This document shows, one piece after another, positions 1 to 9,821 of a stretch of 64,000 nt of DNA. The stretch lies in NCBI GenBank assembly GCA_963791315.1, contig CAWBRQ010000003.1, forward strand, positions 86,339 to 150,338, given 5' to 3'. Positions within the stretch are counted from its first letter, which is position 1; each line of letters starts with the position of its first letter. This DNA is from an uncultured beta proteobacterium. GTDB lineage: Bacteria; Pseudomonadota; Gammaproteobacteria; Burkholderiales; Burkholderiaceae_F. The position numbers were made by a program, and so were the translations under genes. The notes under the pieces are model-generated. The model searched no databases and was not told the DNA's origin. It saw only the letters and a program-made list of their open reading frames with translations.

Positions 1-244
1 GTGGCTGATGCTGCTCGGGCGTGGCGCTTTCTGCGCCTGCGCGTGCCGACAACGTTGCATGGCGGCGCCGCCGATACCGATGGCCATCCGGCAGATACGT
101 GTCGAGCTGAAGATCGTTCCAGCTTTCGGTAAAGCTCGCCCAGTCGGTCAAGACGCCGCAGTCGCCCAGCAGCGGGCACATATCGGCGCCCGCAACGAAC
201 ACGAATCCGTCTCGATCGACGCGCTCGTGCAGCGCGCTCGTCAT
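1..244 (-). CDS. 2OG-Fe dioxygenase family protein (PF10014-like); N-terminal part only, as the gene runs off the left edge
   Basis: My own minus-strand translation from the ATG at 244-242 gives MTSALHERVDRDGFVFVAGADMCPLLGDCGVLTDWASFTESWNDLQLDTYLPDGHRYRRRRHA..., the typical N-terminal pattern of this family. There is an ATGA start/stop overlap with the upstream MFS gene. It is absent from the ORF track because it is truncated by the window edge. Confidence 0.55.
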   Translation of the reverse strand, partial: MTSALHERVDRDGFVFVAGADMCPLLGDCGVLTDWASFTESWNDLQLDTYLPDGHRYRRRRHATLSARAGAESATPEQHQP

Positions 245-1477
245 GTGCGTACCCGAGGCGGTTGCCGTGGGGGACGTACCAAGATCGCCAGCAGTGCGAT
301 CGCGCTGAACACTGCGCCGGCGATGAAAGTTTGCGGGGCACCCAACTGATCCCACAGCAGGCCCGCGAGTGCACTTGCTATCAGCAATGCAATGCCGCTG
401 ACAAGATTGAAAAATCCGAAGGCCGTGCCGCGCAAGTCAACGGGAGCGGCGTCGGCGACCATTGTCGCCAGCAGCCCTTGTGTAATGCCCATGTGCAAAC
501 CCCACAGCGAAACACCGAGCCATACCCACGTCCACTCGTTGCTGTATGCGAGCACGACGTCGGCGCCGATCAGCACTGCAAGGCCTAACGCCAGTAGCCG
601 CGCGTGGGTAACACTGTCCGACAGCCGCCCGAACGGATACGCCGAAAGCGAATAGACCAAGTTCATGCCGATCAGCACCAGGGGCACCAGCGCGATCGGC
701 AATCCGCCTTGCGCTGCTCGCAGCACGAGAAACGCCTCGCTGAAGCGCGCCAGCGTGAACACTGCGCCGATCGATACCACCCACCAATACGCAGGCGACA
801 ATTTGCGCAGGCTCGCACGCTGGATCGGATTGGTCGAACGTACCGTAGCCTCGCGCTCGGGTTCGCGTACGCCGAAGACAAGCAATACAACGGCAAGAAC
901 CGCGGGAATCACGGCGACCCAGAATACGGCGCGAAAATCGTTCGCCCATAGCAGCATCAATCCGAGCGCGAGCAAGGGTCCGATAAAGGCGCCGACCGTG
1001 TCGAGTGATTGCCGCAGTCCGAAAGCCGCGCCCCGTATTTCGCTTGGAGCAATGTCGGCTACCAGCGCATCGCGCGGCGCACCGCGTATGCCCTTGGCGA
1101 TGCGATCGATAAAGCGCGCGGTGAACACCATGCCCGCGGTCGATGCGATGGCGAACAGCGGCTTTGACAAGGCGGCCAGCGTGTAACCGATCACGGCTAG
1201 CGATTTGCGCTTGCGCCAGTAGTCGGACAGCACACCTGAGAACACCTTGACGATTAATGCGGTCGCCTCGGCAACGCCCTCGATCAATCCGACTACCAGA
1301 CGCGCTGGCACCTAGCGTCGTGACCAGGAACACCGGCAGCAGGCTGTGGATCATCTCGGACGAGATGTCCATCAGCAGGCTGACAAAGCCGAGTGTCCAG
1401 ATCGCCGCAGGCAAGCGGGATTTTTTCGTCACGTGCGTTGGTAAGTCGCGATCACCGATGGCGAAATTTAGACGCAA
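241..1477 (-). pseudogene. MFS transporter, frameshifted near 1300-1308
   Basis: The N-terminal 58 codons (..LGFVSLLMDISSEMIHSLLPVFLVTTLGAS) lie in the frame of ORF 437..1477. The rest (..VVGLIEGVAEATALIVKVFSGVLSDYWRKRK.., multi-TM) lies in the frame of ORF 241..1311. Removing one T in GCG-T-CTG-GTA restores a continuous MFS sequence. Confidence 0.75.
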
Positions 1478-1480
1478 ATA

Positions 1481-1510
1481 AAAAAGCGCCGAAGATCGGC
1501 GCTTTTGTTA
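1481..1510. terminator. Rho-independent terminator, potentially bidirectional
   Basis: The sequence is aaaaa-GCGCCGA-aga-TCGGCGC-tttt: a 7-bp GC stem (1486-1492 / 1496-1502) with an A-tract on one side and a T-tract on the other. It lies directly downstream of the minus-strand gene that ends at 1524. Confidence 0.6.
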
Positions 1511-1523
1511 TGAGACTGCGCGA

Positions 1524-2379
1524 CTACCTGCGCCGTGTGCGACTCACTCCGAGCAGTGTCAGCAGCCCCAGCAAATTCAGCCAACCAAGTGCGCCCGCGC
1601 CTGCGTTTAACGGCGCGTTTGCTGACGAGGTCGGCGCAGTCGAACCGCCGGCCCCGGTTGCAGTGCCCTGCAGGGTTATATCGCGTGCCGGCACGTTGCC
1701 GACAAAGGTGACGCGCCAGGTGGCGGTGCTAGCTCCGGCGGTCGGTTGGAACGAACTCAAAGCCTATCGCGCAGCTTGCGCCCGGTTGTATGACTCCGCC
1801 ATTCACGCACACGGTCTGGCCCGCGGCGACAGCTAGCGCTTCTAAAATTCGGCGACCTGTCCGGTGCTGGCATTTATCGCTGGATTTGCAAGCGTGATGG
1901 CTGTGCCAGCAGCGTTCGTTAAAACAACCGCGATCGGCGCACTAGTGGCACCCACGGCTGTGCTGGGAAATGTGACCGCACTTGGGGCCGCAGTCGGTGT
2001 CGGTAACGGAGCAAACGGTGGGGGTGCCGGCGGCGTGACTGCGACAACGAGGTGCGCCGCGACGTCGGACGTTTTCTGCGCTGACCATGGGGCGTTCTGA
2101 AACACGGCCATCACTTGGCCGGCGTTGCTGTTGATAGCGGCTTGAATGGCTGCGCGGATCGTCGCCTCACTTGCGCCAGGGAAGCGAATGTCTCGAAACG
2201 TCCCGGCAAAGCCGTGGCAGTCCTGGCAGCTTGCGTCCGCTGACTCTCTCCATGTAGGCAGTCGCGCCGTTAGCCGCGTTTCCGACCTGCGCTAACGCGC
2301 TCGTCGTGCCGCCGGCAGCGATGGCCAACATGGCATACAGCAATGTGCGCAAGCTCAACAACTTTTGACGAGTCAGCAT
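1524..2379 (-). pseudogene. Exported c-type-cytochrome-like protein with a beta-rich domain and a C-terminal hydrophobic anchor; split over at least 3 frames
   Basis: ORF 2167..2379 gives a signal peptide plus GNAANGATAY. A haem motif CQDCHG (about 2211-2228) appears only after a frame change near 2232-2250. ORF 1842..2114 gives a P-rich linker plus TFPSTAVGATSAPIAVVLTNAAGTAITL. My translation of a third frame gives LEALAVAAGQTVCVNGGVIQPGASCAIGFEFVPT. ORF 1524..1760 ends in GWLNLLGLLTLLGVSRTRRR. Confidence 0.5.
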
Positions 2380-2488
2380 AGGAGGGCAGAAACCGTAATC
2401 GGGTAGATGGCCAGTCTATCGACGCTGCAAGACGCTTACCGTCGTGCGAACGGCTTAGCGCCTCCCCCACAAATCTGGAATTCACCCG

Positions 2489-3568
2489 CTATGCAACCGC
2501 TTCTCGCTCGATAAGCGCGCGTTTGCGCTCGACTCCCCAGCGGTAGCCGCACAGTGATCCGTCGTTGCGAATCACGCGATGGCAAGGAATGGCCACCGCC
2601 AGCGGGTTGGCGCCGACCGCGGCGCCCACGGCGCGTACCGCCTTGGGTGCGCCGATGCGATTTGCTATCTGCGAATAGCTCACTGTCCTGCCCGCGGGAA
2701 TTTCGCGCAGTGCCTGCCACACCCGTTGCTGGAACGCAGTGCCCCGAACGTCGAGGGGCAAGTCGAGACCAAGTGCGGGCGCTTCAACGAATCCCACAAC
2801 CTTGGCCACTAGCTGCTCGAACTGCGAATCACCGCCGATCAGATGCGCGCGCGGGAATCGATCCTGCAGATCGCGTGCCAGCGCATCGGGATCGTCGCCG
2901 ATCAGGATCGCGCACACTCCGCGGTCACTGGCGGCTACCAGGATTGAGCCCAGCGAGCACTCGCCGATTGCGAAGCGAATTTCGGCACTCGCGCCGCCGG
3001 AGCGATACGCGGTCGGCGTCATGCCGAGGACGTCGTTCGATTGCTCGTAGAAGCGGCCACTCGAGTTGTAGCCGGCGCCATAGATCGCCTCGGTCACCGT
3101 GTTGCTTCGACTGAGTTCTGCCTTGACTCGCCTAGTGCGATGCGCGGCGGCATACTGCTTCGGGGTCAATCCGGTAGCCGCCTTAAATACTCGGTGCAGG
3201 TGAAACGTACTCAGACCCGCATGAGCGGCGAGTTGTGCAAGCGTGGGCGGTTGGTCAGCGTTTTCGATCGTGCGGCACAACTCGGAGACTGTCGCCGCGT
3301 GCTGCTCGGCTAACGGAAGTTGATCCGGTTTGCAGCGCCTGCAAGGGCGAAAGCCCGCGCGTTCGGCTGCTTCAGCGGATACGTGGAATTCCACGTTCTC
3401 GGGGCGCGCCCCACGCGCTGCGCACGACGGCCGGCAGTACACCCCCGTGGTCTTGACCGAGTAGAAAAATCGGCCATCGGCGTGCCGGTCGCGCCTAACA
3501 ACCGCGTCCCAGCGAGAGTCGCTGACGGTGGCCGCCGCCCGCATTTCTGATTTTGTTGCCATGTTCAC
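2489..3568 (-). CDS. ada: Bifunctional Ada: methylphosphotriester-DNA methyltransferase / AraC-type regulator / O6-methylguanine-DNA methyltransferase
   Basis: 359 aa. It has the N-terminal Zn/Cys region (YCRPSCAARGARPENV), an AraC HTH in the middle and a C-terminal PCHRV active-site motif (IPCHRVIRNDGSLCGYRWG). Confidence 0.9.
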   Translation of the reverse strand: MNMATKSEMRAAATVSDSRWDAVVRRDRHADGRFFYSVKTTGVYCRPSCAARGARPENVEFHVSAEAAERAGFRPCRRCKPDQLPLAEQHAATVSELCRTIENADQPPTLAQLAAHAGLSTFHLHRVFKAATGLTPKQYAAAHRTRRVKAELSRSNTVTEAIYGAGYNSSGRFYEQSNDVLGMTPTAYRSGGASAEIRFAIGECSLGSILVAASDRGVCAILIGDDPDALARDLQDRFPRAHLIGGDSQFEQLVAKVVGFVEAPALGLDLPLDVRGTAFQQRVWQALREIPAGRTVSYSQIANRIGAPKAVRAVGAAVGANPLAVAIPCHRVIRNDGSLCGYRWGVERKRALIEREAVA

Positions 3569-3682
3569 TTCAGCTCTCCCGTCATCTTAGCGATGCCAGA
3601 AGTTAGACCGTGCGGAGCTTCGCCGAACTCCGGGTCTTGCTTTCAAACTGGAAGTGTCAGATCGCCGGCGCAGCGCTCGCTG

Positions 3683-4060
3683 CTAGTTGCCCTTCCCCTT
3701 GCCGTGGCCTTTGCCGTTCGATGAAGGATGCGCTTTTTGGTAGTGCGGCACATAGACGTTGTTGTACCAATCATCCTTGACGAAATAAACCGGACGGCTG
3801 CAGGCGTCGTACTTCTGGCAGTGCTTGCTCCAATTCTTCGCGTGGCCGGGGGGCACATGCAAGTACATCGGCGGTGGCGGCTGAGCTACATAAACCTTCT
3901 GAATGATGACCGGCTGCGGGTAGATCAGTACAGGCTGTGGCGCATTGCCGATGTCGATGCGACCGTAAAAGCCTGGCTGGCCGACAGTGACCGAAACATC
4001 TGCGGCGAACGCGGGCAAGGCCGCGGCGGCCAGCAGGAATGACAATAAGTAGCGCTTCAT
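3683..4060 (-). CDS. Exported hypothetical protein
   Basis: I chose the internal start MKRYLLSFLLAAAALPAFA (signal peptide), which is preceded by GGAG. The C-terminus is Gly/Lys-rich. No family was recognised. Confidence 0.55.
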   Translation of the reverse strand: MKRYLLSFLLAAAALPAFAADVSVTVGQPGFYGRIDIGNAPQPVLIYPQPVIIQKVYVAQPPPPMYLHVPPGHAKNWSKHCQKYDACSRPVYFVKDDWYNNVYVPHYQKAHPSSNGKGHGKGKGN

Positions 4061-4147
4061 GGTGACTCCTTTGGGAAAGATCCCTGCCTGTTTAACGTCG
4101 CAGGGGGCCAAAGCCGAATACCAAACTCACTCTATTGCCGTGATCAA

Positions 4148-4522
4148 TTAGGCCGATTCCGCAGGATCGAAATCGAGCTCCACCTTGGCACCACTGGGGT
4201 CATAGCAAAACAGCTGCCAGGTGCCCGCACCGCGCTGACGGCGTAACTCATAGCTGATCTTCTTGGCATCCAGTTTCGCCTTGACCTCCGCCAGGCCGCT
4301 CGCCGAAAACGCCATGTGATCAATCACGCCTGCAGGTTGTTGGGGTACACCTCGCCCAGCGATGATGTGCAACACAGCGGTATCGCCGGCGTACAACCAT
4401 GCCCCGGGAAAGCCGAGATCGGGGCGCGGTCCCGGCTTAAGACCGAGCAAATCCACGTAAAAGCCGAGCGTCTTGTCGAGGTCGTCGCTAAGGACGGTGA
4501 AGTGGTTCATACCGTGAATCAT
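4148..4522 (-). CDS. VOC family protein (glyoxalase / bleomycin resistance / dioxygenase fold)
   Basis: 124 aa, MNHFTVLSDDLDKTLGFYVDLLGL...DHMAF..., the typical VOC size and pattern. Confidence 0.75.
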   Translation of the reverse strand: MIHGMNHFTVLSDDLDKTLGFYVDLLGLKPGPRPDLGFPGAWLYAGDTAVLHIIAGRGVPQQPAGVIDHMAFSASGLAEVKAKLDAKKISYELRRQRGAGTWQLFCYDPSGAKVELDFDPAESA

Positions 4523-4556
4523 TTGTCACTCCTGCGCGTGACGAGTTCTGAAACCA

Positions 4557-5528
4557 TCAACGCAGCGCCGTGTAATTGGCCGGGATCCAGTCATAGCCCT
4601 TGCCGTCCGCCCGCAAGTGGCCGATGCCTGGAAATGGCAGATGCGCGGCGCAAACCCAGTGCCCGCGCTTGGCGGCATCGGAGTATTGCGTCTTGCGCTG
4701 CGCGGCGGCTGCTTTCGAGTCGGTGTCGAACTTGATCGTTACCGACGGATCCGGAAACTGCACAGCGGCGGAGTGCATCAGATCGCCCCACAGCACCAGA
4801 CGTTGCCCGTTGCTCTCAACCACGTACACAGTGTGCCCCGGCGTATGCCCGTACGCAGAGACGGCCTTGACGCCAGGCGTCAGATCGGTGTTTCCGTTGA
4901 ACGGTTTGAACTTGCCGGCAGCCACGTAAGGGTTGACTGAAGCCATTGCGCCTTCGAAAACCTGTTTGGCGTCTTTGGGCGCTGCGTCCATGTTGGCCTT
5001 GCTCAACCAGAAATCGCCTTCCCGTTGATCGGCGCGCACGATCGCATTCGGAAACGCGATCTGGTTGCCGGCGACAAGCCCTCCGACGTGATCGGCGTGC
5101 ATGTGCGTGATGTAGATCTCATCAACCTGCTCGGGCTGATAGCCTGATGCCTTAAGGTTCGTCATTAGCTTGCCGACCGTTGGGCCGAAAAACGTCCCCG
5201 AGCCGGCGTCGATCAGCACCAGCTTGCTGCCGGTGTTGATCAGATAGGCGTTAACCGACACCTCGACCGGATCTCTCAGGTACTGCTTCGCTAGTGCGCT
5301 TCGAATTCTGGCTGGGGTGATGTTCGTCAGTAGATCCGCCATGGGCAGATCGACTGTGCCGTCCGATAGTGCAGTGACTTCGAAATCGCCGAGCATCATC
5401 CGGTAGTAGCCCGGTGCCGAAGTCTTCAGCTGCGGAGCAGCCGCACTTGCGATCAAAAGGGGAGCCAGCAACAGAAAGAAGCCAGCGACGGCACCACAGG
5501 TAGCTCGCAGCAATAGACCAGTCTTCAT
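4557..5528 (-). CDS. Exported MBL-fold metallo-hydrolase
   Basis: It has a signal peptide and the HxHxDH motif (ITHMHADHVGG), with downstream His/Asp ligands (YGHTPGH). Confidence 0.85.
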   Translation of the reverse strand: MKTGLLLRATCGAVAGFFLLLAPLLIASAAAPQLKTSAPGYYRMMLGDFEVTALSDGTVDLPMADLLTNITPARIRSALAKQYLRDPVEVSVNAYLINTGSKLVLIDAGSGTFFGPTVGKLMTNLKASGYQPEQVDEIYITHMHADHVGGLVAGNQIAFPNAIVRADQREGDFWLSKANMDAAPKDAKQVFEGAMASVNPYVAAGKFKPFNGNTDLTPGVKAVSAYGHTPGHTVYVVESNGQRLVLWGDLMHSAAVQFPDPSVTIKFDTDSKAAAAQRKTQYSDAAKRGHWVCAAHLPFPGIGHLRADGKGYDWIPANYTALR

Positions 5529-5622
5529 TGCAATCCTTCGGTGAAATGTCTAGGAAAATACCTGTCGAATCCGTGCCAAGCTACCTGCATCTTTGGCACG
5601 TGTCGAGTGTTTCAACAAGCCC

Positions 5623-6804
5623 ATGTCCTTGCGCAACATTCTGTGCCTCGCTGATTTCGAACTGGCCGCTCGCCGTCATCTGCCGCGGCCGATTCTGGGT
5701 TACGTCGCAGGCGGCGCCGAGGACACGATTGCGCTGCAGGCGGCGACAGCCGCGTACCGGCAATGGTCGTTCGTTCCGCGCGTGCTGGTCGATGTCTCGC
5801 AACGCTCGCAGCAGGTGGAGCTTTTCGGCGAGACCTATTCGTCGCCGTTCGGCATCGCCCCGATGGGTATCTGTGCGCTGATTGCCTACAAGGGCGATCT
5901 GACGCTGGCGCTCGCGGCCGAAGCAGCCAACATTCCGATGATCGTCAGCTCGACGGCGTTGACTCGGCTCGAGGATGTGCGTGCCGTCGCGCCGCGCACG
6001 ACGTGGTTTCAGGCGTACTTGCCCGGCGACGCAGCGAAGATCGATGCGATGGTGCAGCGAGTGCAGAGCGCGGGTTACCGAACACTCGTTCTAACCGTCG
6101 ATGTTGCAACGCTGCCGAGCCGCGAAAACAATATTCGCGTCGGCTTCACGATGCCGCTGCGGCCCAGCGTGCGGCTTGCGTGGGATGGCATCGTCCGTCC
6201 GCGGTGGACTCTCGGGACGCTGCTTAGGACCTTGCTGAAGAATGGCATGCCTCACTTTGAAAATTCGAGTGCGACGCGCGGAGTGCCAATTTTCTCGAGC
6301 GCCGCAGTACGCGAATTCGGCTCGCGCGACACGCTGTCATGGACGCACGTCGATCAGATCCGGCGTATGTGGAGCGGCAAGCTGGTGCTGAAGGGAATTT
6401 TATCGGCCGAAGATGCACGTATCGCCGCAGATCGTGGCGTCGATGGCGTGATTGTTTCGAGCCACGGCGGGCGTCAGCTCGATGCGTCGATCGCGCCGCT
6501 GCACGCGCTGCCGGCGATCGTGCGTGCCAAGGGCGCCATGAAAGTGATGATCGATAGCGGGATTCGTCGCGGCAACGATGTGCTGAAGGCGATTGCGCTG
6601 GGCGCGGACTTTGTCTTCATCGGGCGGCCGTTTATCTACGCGGCGTCAATCGGCGGTCAAGTGGGCGTCGCGCATGCGATTCGATTGCTATCGCACGAGA
6701 TTCAGCAAGACATGGCGTTGATCGGTGTGAGTTCGCTGCGCGAGCTCGGGCCGCATTTGCTGGCCCCGCAACACGCGCCGCCCCTCACCGTCAAGATTGC
6801 TTGA
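5623..6804 (+). CDS. FMN-dependent alpha-hydroxy acid dehydrogenase/oxidase (L-lactate dehydrogenase / glycolate oxidase family)
   Basis: It carries the family signature SSHGGRQLD and a TIM-barrel FMN pattern. The start is placed at the ATG at 5623 (MSLRNILCLADFE); the ORF opens at 5593. Confidence 0.85.
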   Translation: MSLRNILCLADFELAARRHLPRPILGYVAGGAEDTIALQAATAAYRQWSFVPRVLVDVSQRSQQVELFGETYSSPFGIAPMGICALIAYKGDLTLALAAEAANIPMIVSSTALTRLEDVRAVAPRTTWFQAYLPGDAAKIDAMVQRVQSAGYRTLVLTVDVATLPSRENNIRVGFTMPLRPSVRLAWDGIVRPRWTLGTLLRTLLKNGMPHFENSSATRGVPIFSSAAVREFGSRDTLSWTHVDQIRRMWSGKLVLKGILSAEDARIAADRGVDGVIVSSHGGRQLDASIAPLHALPAIVRAKGAMKVMIDSGIRRGNDVLKAIALGADFVFIGRPFIYAASIGGQVGVAHAIRLLSHEIQQDMALIGVSSLRELGPHLLAPQHAPPLTVKIA

Positions 6805-7734
6805 TGCCGGCTTTGACGCCGCTCCACCAGCGCTCGAACGGTTCGCGCTTCGGAATGCCCGCGCGGCCGCCGAATCGCGTGCACTTCATAGCTGCCACTG
6901 CGGTTGCAAACTCAATCGCTGCGGGCAGCTCCTTGCCCTCCGCCAGCGCGAGGGCAAACGCACCATGCCACGTGTCACCGGCCGCTAGGGTATCGACCGC
7001 TTTCACGGCTGGCGATGGCGCGCTTGACAATGCCTTCGCCGTCGAACCACATCACGCCCGCTGCGCCGAGCGTCACGCCGCAGGCGATGTTGCGGCCTCC
7101 GAACAACTTCGGCAGCGCATGCTGCGGTTCGCCGGTCTGCAAGTTGTGCAGCATTGATTGCGACAGGAATGGATGCGTGGCGAGCCGCGCGGTCTCGCGC
7201 ACTTGCTGCGGATCTCCGGCATCGCCGTCGAACACGCTCGGCTTGCCCGCCATTGCAGCGGCATCGAACAGCCGCTGCGCACCGGCCGGCCAGCGCGTGT
7301 CGGCCAGCACCGCATCGGCGTCGGCCACGCGCTCGACCGGCAGCCAAGAAGCGTCGGGCGGATACCCCTGCGGCTGCACGGAGACGACCAATCGCTCGCC
7401 GCGCGCATCGATCAGGATGGTGGCGATCTTGGTGCGAAAGCCGGAAAGACGCAGCAGCGTCGAAACGTCGACGCCTTCATGCTTCAGAAGCGCGATGACC
7501 TGGTCGCCGGTCTCGTCGTCACCGACGCGTCCCCAGTAGACTTGCACGACCGCCGAGTCGCTGCACCGTGACGGCAGCGTTGGCGCCCATGCCGCCGCCG
7601 GTCTCGACGAAGTCCGTCGCGGTGATCTTCACCGACGGCAGCTTGACTTCGTCGACCAGAAAAATCTGATCGATCGTCGCCGAACCACCGACGCAGATAA
7701 CGCACGGCCGGCGTGCACCGTTCGACATGGCCAT
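6791..7734 (-). pseudogene. PfkB-family carbohydrate kinase (ribokinase-like) in three frames
   Basis: The N-terminus is ORF 7519..7734 (CVGGSATIDQIF..ETGGGMGANAAV), the middle is ORF 6975..7547, and the C-terminus is ORF 6791..7030 (DTLAAGDTWHGAFALALAEG, the PfkB signature). Frame changes fall near 7535 and 7000. Confidence 0.75.
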
Positions 7735-7744
7735 CAGTGTCGGA

Positions 7745-9790
7745 TCAGCCGCTAGCCGCGGGCTGCTCGTTTCGCTTGCGCCGCCGCAGCTGCAGAACGA
7801 TCACGGCGGCCAGCAACGCGATGCCGATTGCGTCTAGCCAGGCGCGGGGATAAATGATCAACAGGCCAGCAATCGTCAGCATTACCTGTTCGACGCGCGT
7901 GGTCTTGGTAATGAGCCAACCCTCCGCTGCTCCAGCGAGCGCGGCCAATGCGATCACTGCAAGGCGGTGATCCACGCCACGTCCCACCAGCTTCCGCCGG
8001 GTGGCAGCGCAAGCAGCAGGCCGACGCCGATCGGATCGAGCACGAACACAAAGGGCACAACGAATGCGGGCAGCGTGTACTTCCACGCCTGCAACGTTGT
8101 CTTGTACGGATCGCCGCCGGTGATCGCGGCAGCAGCAAATGGAGACAGCGCGGTGGGCGGCGACACTTCGGACAACACCGCGTAGTAGAAGATGAACATG
8201 TGTGCGGCGAAGTCTGGCACGCCAAGCTTGATCAGCGCCGGAGCAGCGACCACCGCACAGATGATGTAGCTTGCAGTCACGGGTACCGCCAGGCCGACGA
8301 CCCAGACGATCAATGCGGTGTAGATGGCGGTCAGCAGCAGGCTGCCGCCCGCGTACGAAACAATGATGTCGGCAAAGCGCAGTCCGAGCCCGGTTAACGT
8401 CACGACACCCACAATGATGCCGGCCGCAGCGCAGGTGGCAGCTACGCTCAACATTCCGATCGAACCGGCGGCGAGCGCCTGCATCAGCTTCGAATGCCGC
8501 AGTGTTTCGCGCACCCAACCCGTTGGTCTGCGCACGAAAAGCGAGAGGTCGAGCAACGCGCAATCGCGGTTCAGGAAACTGATCAGCACTGCCACTATCG
8601 TCGCCCAGAACACTGAAGCGATCGGCGAAAAGCCGAGCAGCAGGAACACGACAATCGCAACCAGCGATATGAAGTGAAACCCCATCGTCTTCGTCAGCTG
8701 CCACACCGTTGCACTCGTCTCGACGCGAACCTGCACCATCGCGTGCTTGCGTGCATCGATCTCGACCATGAACAACAACGACAGGTAGTACAGGCAGGTC
8801 GGAATGACCGCCATCTTGATTACTTCGAGATACGAGATCTTGAGAAACTCGGAAATCAGAAACGCAGCAGCGCCGAGCACGGGCGGCGACAGAATCGCGC
8901 CGAGCCCGCCCGCGGCAAGCAATCCGCCGGCAGCATTTTTTTCGTAGCCCGCCTTGGCGAGCATCGGATATGCGACCGTGCCCAACGTTACCGTCGTCGC
9001 GACGCCGGACCCGGAGGGTCCACCCGAGCAGAAACGAAGCGGCGGTCACGGCACGGCCGGCCCCGGTCGCCTTGCGACCGAACGCGGCAAGCGAAAAATC
9101 AATAAAGAATTGGCCCGCATTCGAGAACTGCAATACCGCTCCGAAGATCGTGAACAAGATGATCAGCGACGACGAGACATCGATCGGAGTCCCGAAAATG
9201 CCTTCGAGCGTCATGTACATCGTGCCAACCAGCCGATCGACGTCATAGCCGCGATGTGTCCATGGTGCGGGCAGGTAGGGACCGACCATCGCGTAGACGA
9301 CAAAGAGCACGCAGATGAACGGCATGATCCAGCCGGTGGAACGCCGTGCCGCTTCCAGCACGAGTACGGTCAGCGCGACACCCATGATGATGTCGAGTGT
9401 GTTCGGTGCGGTGCTGCGATCCAGAAAGTCGTCGCCGCCCATTAGGGCGTAAACGCTGGTCGCGACGCCCACCAACGCGCAGATCAGGTCGATCCAGCTG
9501 AAGCGATGGCGCAGGCGCCGCACGGCGGGAAACAGCAGGAACACCAGAAACAGCATGAACGCCACGTGCACATAGCGCAGTGTCGTCGTGGTGACGATGC
9601 CGTACGCGGCGTACAGGTGATACAAACTCATCGCCACCGCAACGGCGAAGAGAAAAGTGCCCCACGCACCCGCGAACTTGTGGTGGGCCCCTTCCTCTAC
9701 TGCGATGAATTCCTCGGCCTGGAGCCGTTGCTCGTCGGTGACGATCGGCACAGGGATCGCCTGCGCTGATCGCACCGTCGGTTCAGCCAT
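7745..9790 (-). pseudogene. TRAP transporter fused permease (TAXI-associated 4TM/12TM type) with two frame changes
   Basis: The ends of the 681-codon ORF look like membrane protein, but its middle third is Arg-rich nonsense. The genuine middle (GTVAYPMLAKAGYEKNAAGG... to ...GGSWWDVAWITAL) is ORF 7954..8985 in another frame. The junctions are near 9023 (a GGG run) and near 7965. Confidence 0.8.
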
Positions 9791-9821
9791 TAATTGCTAA
9801 GAGCGGTTGCGCAGCACGCGC

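Noticed and set aside
8-349. A 113-aa plus-strand ORF at the left edge
   Set aside because: Its composition is implausible. The opposite strand encodes a recognisable 2OG-Fe dioxygenase N-terminus and the MFS C-terminus.
437-1477. A 346-aa minus-strand ORF overlapping the MFS gene
   Set aside because: Only its first about 58 codons look like protein, namely the MFS N-terminus. The rest is Arg/Gly/Ala-rich wrong-frame translation typical of high-GC DNA. It is interpreted as the 5' piece of a frameshifted MFS gene.
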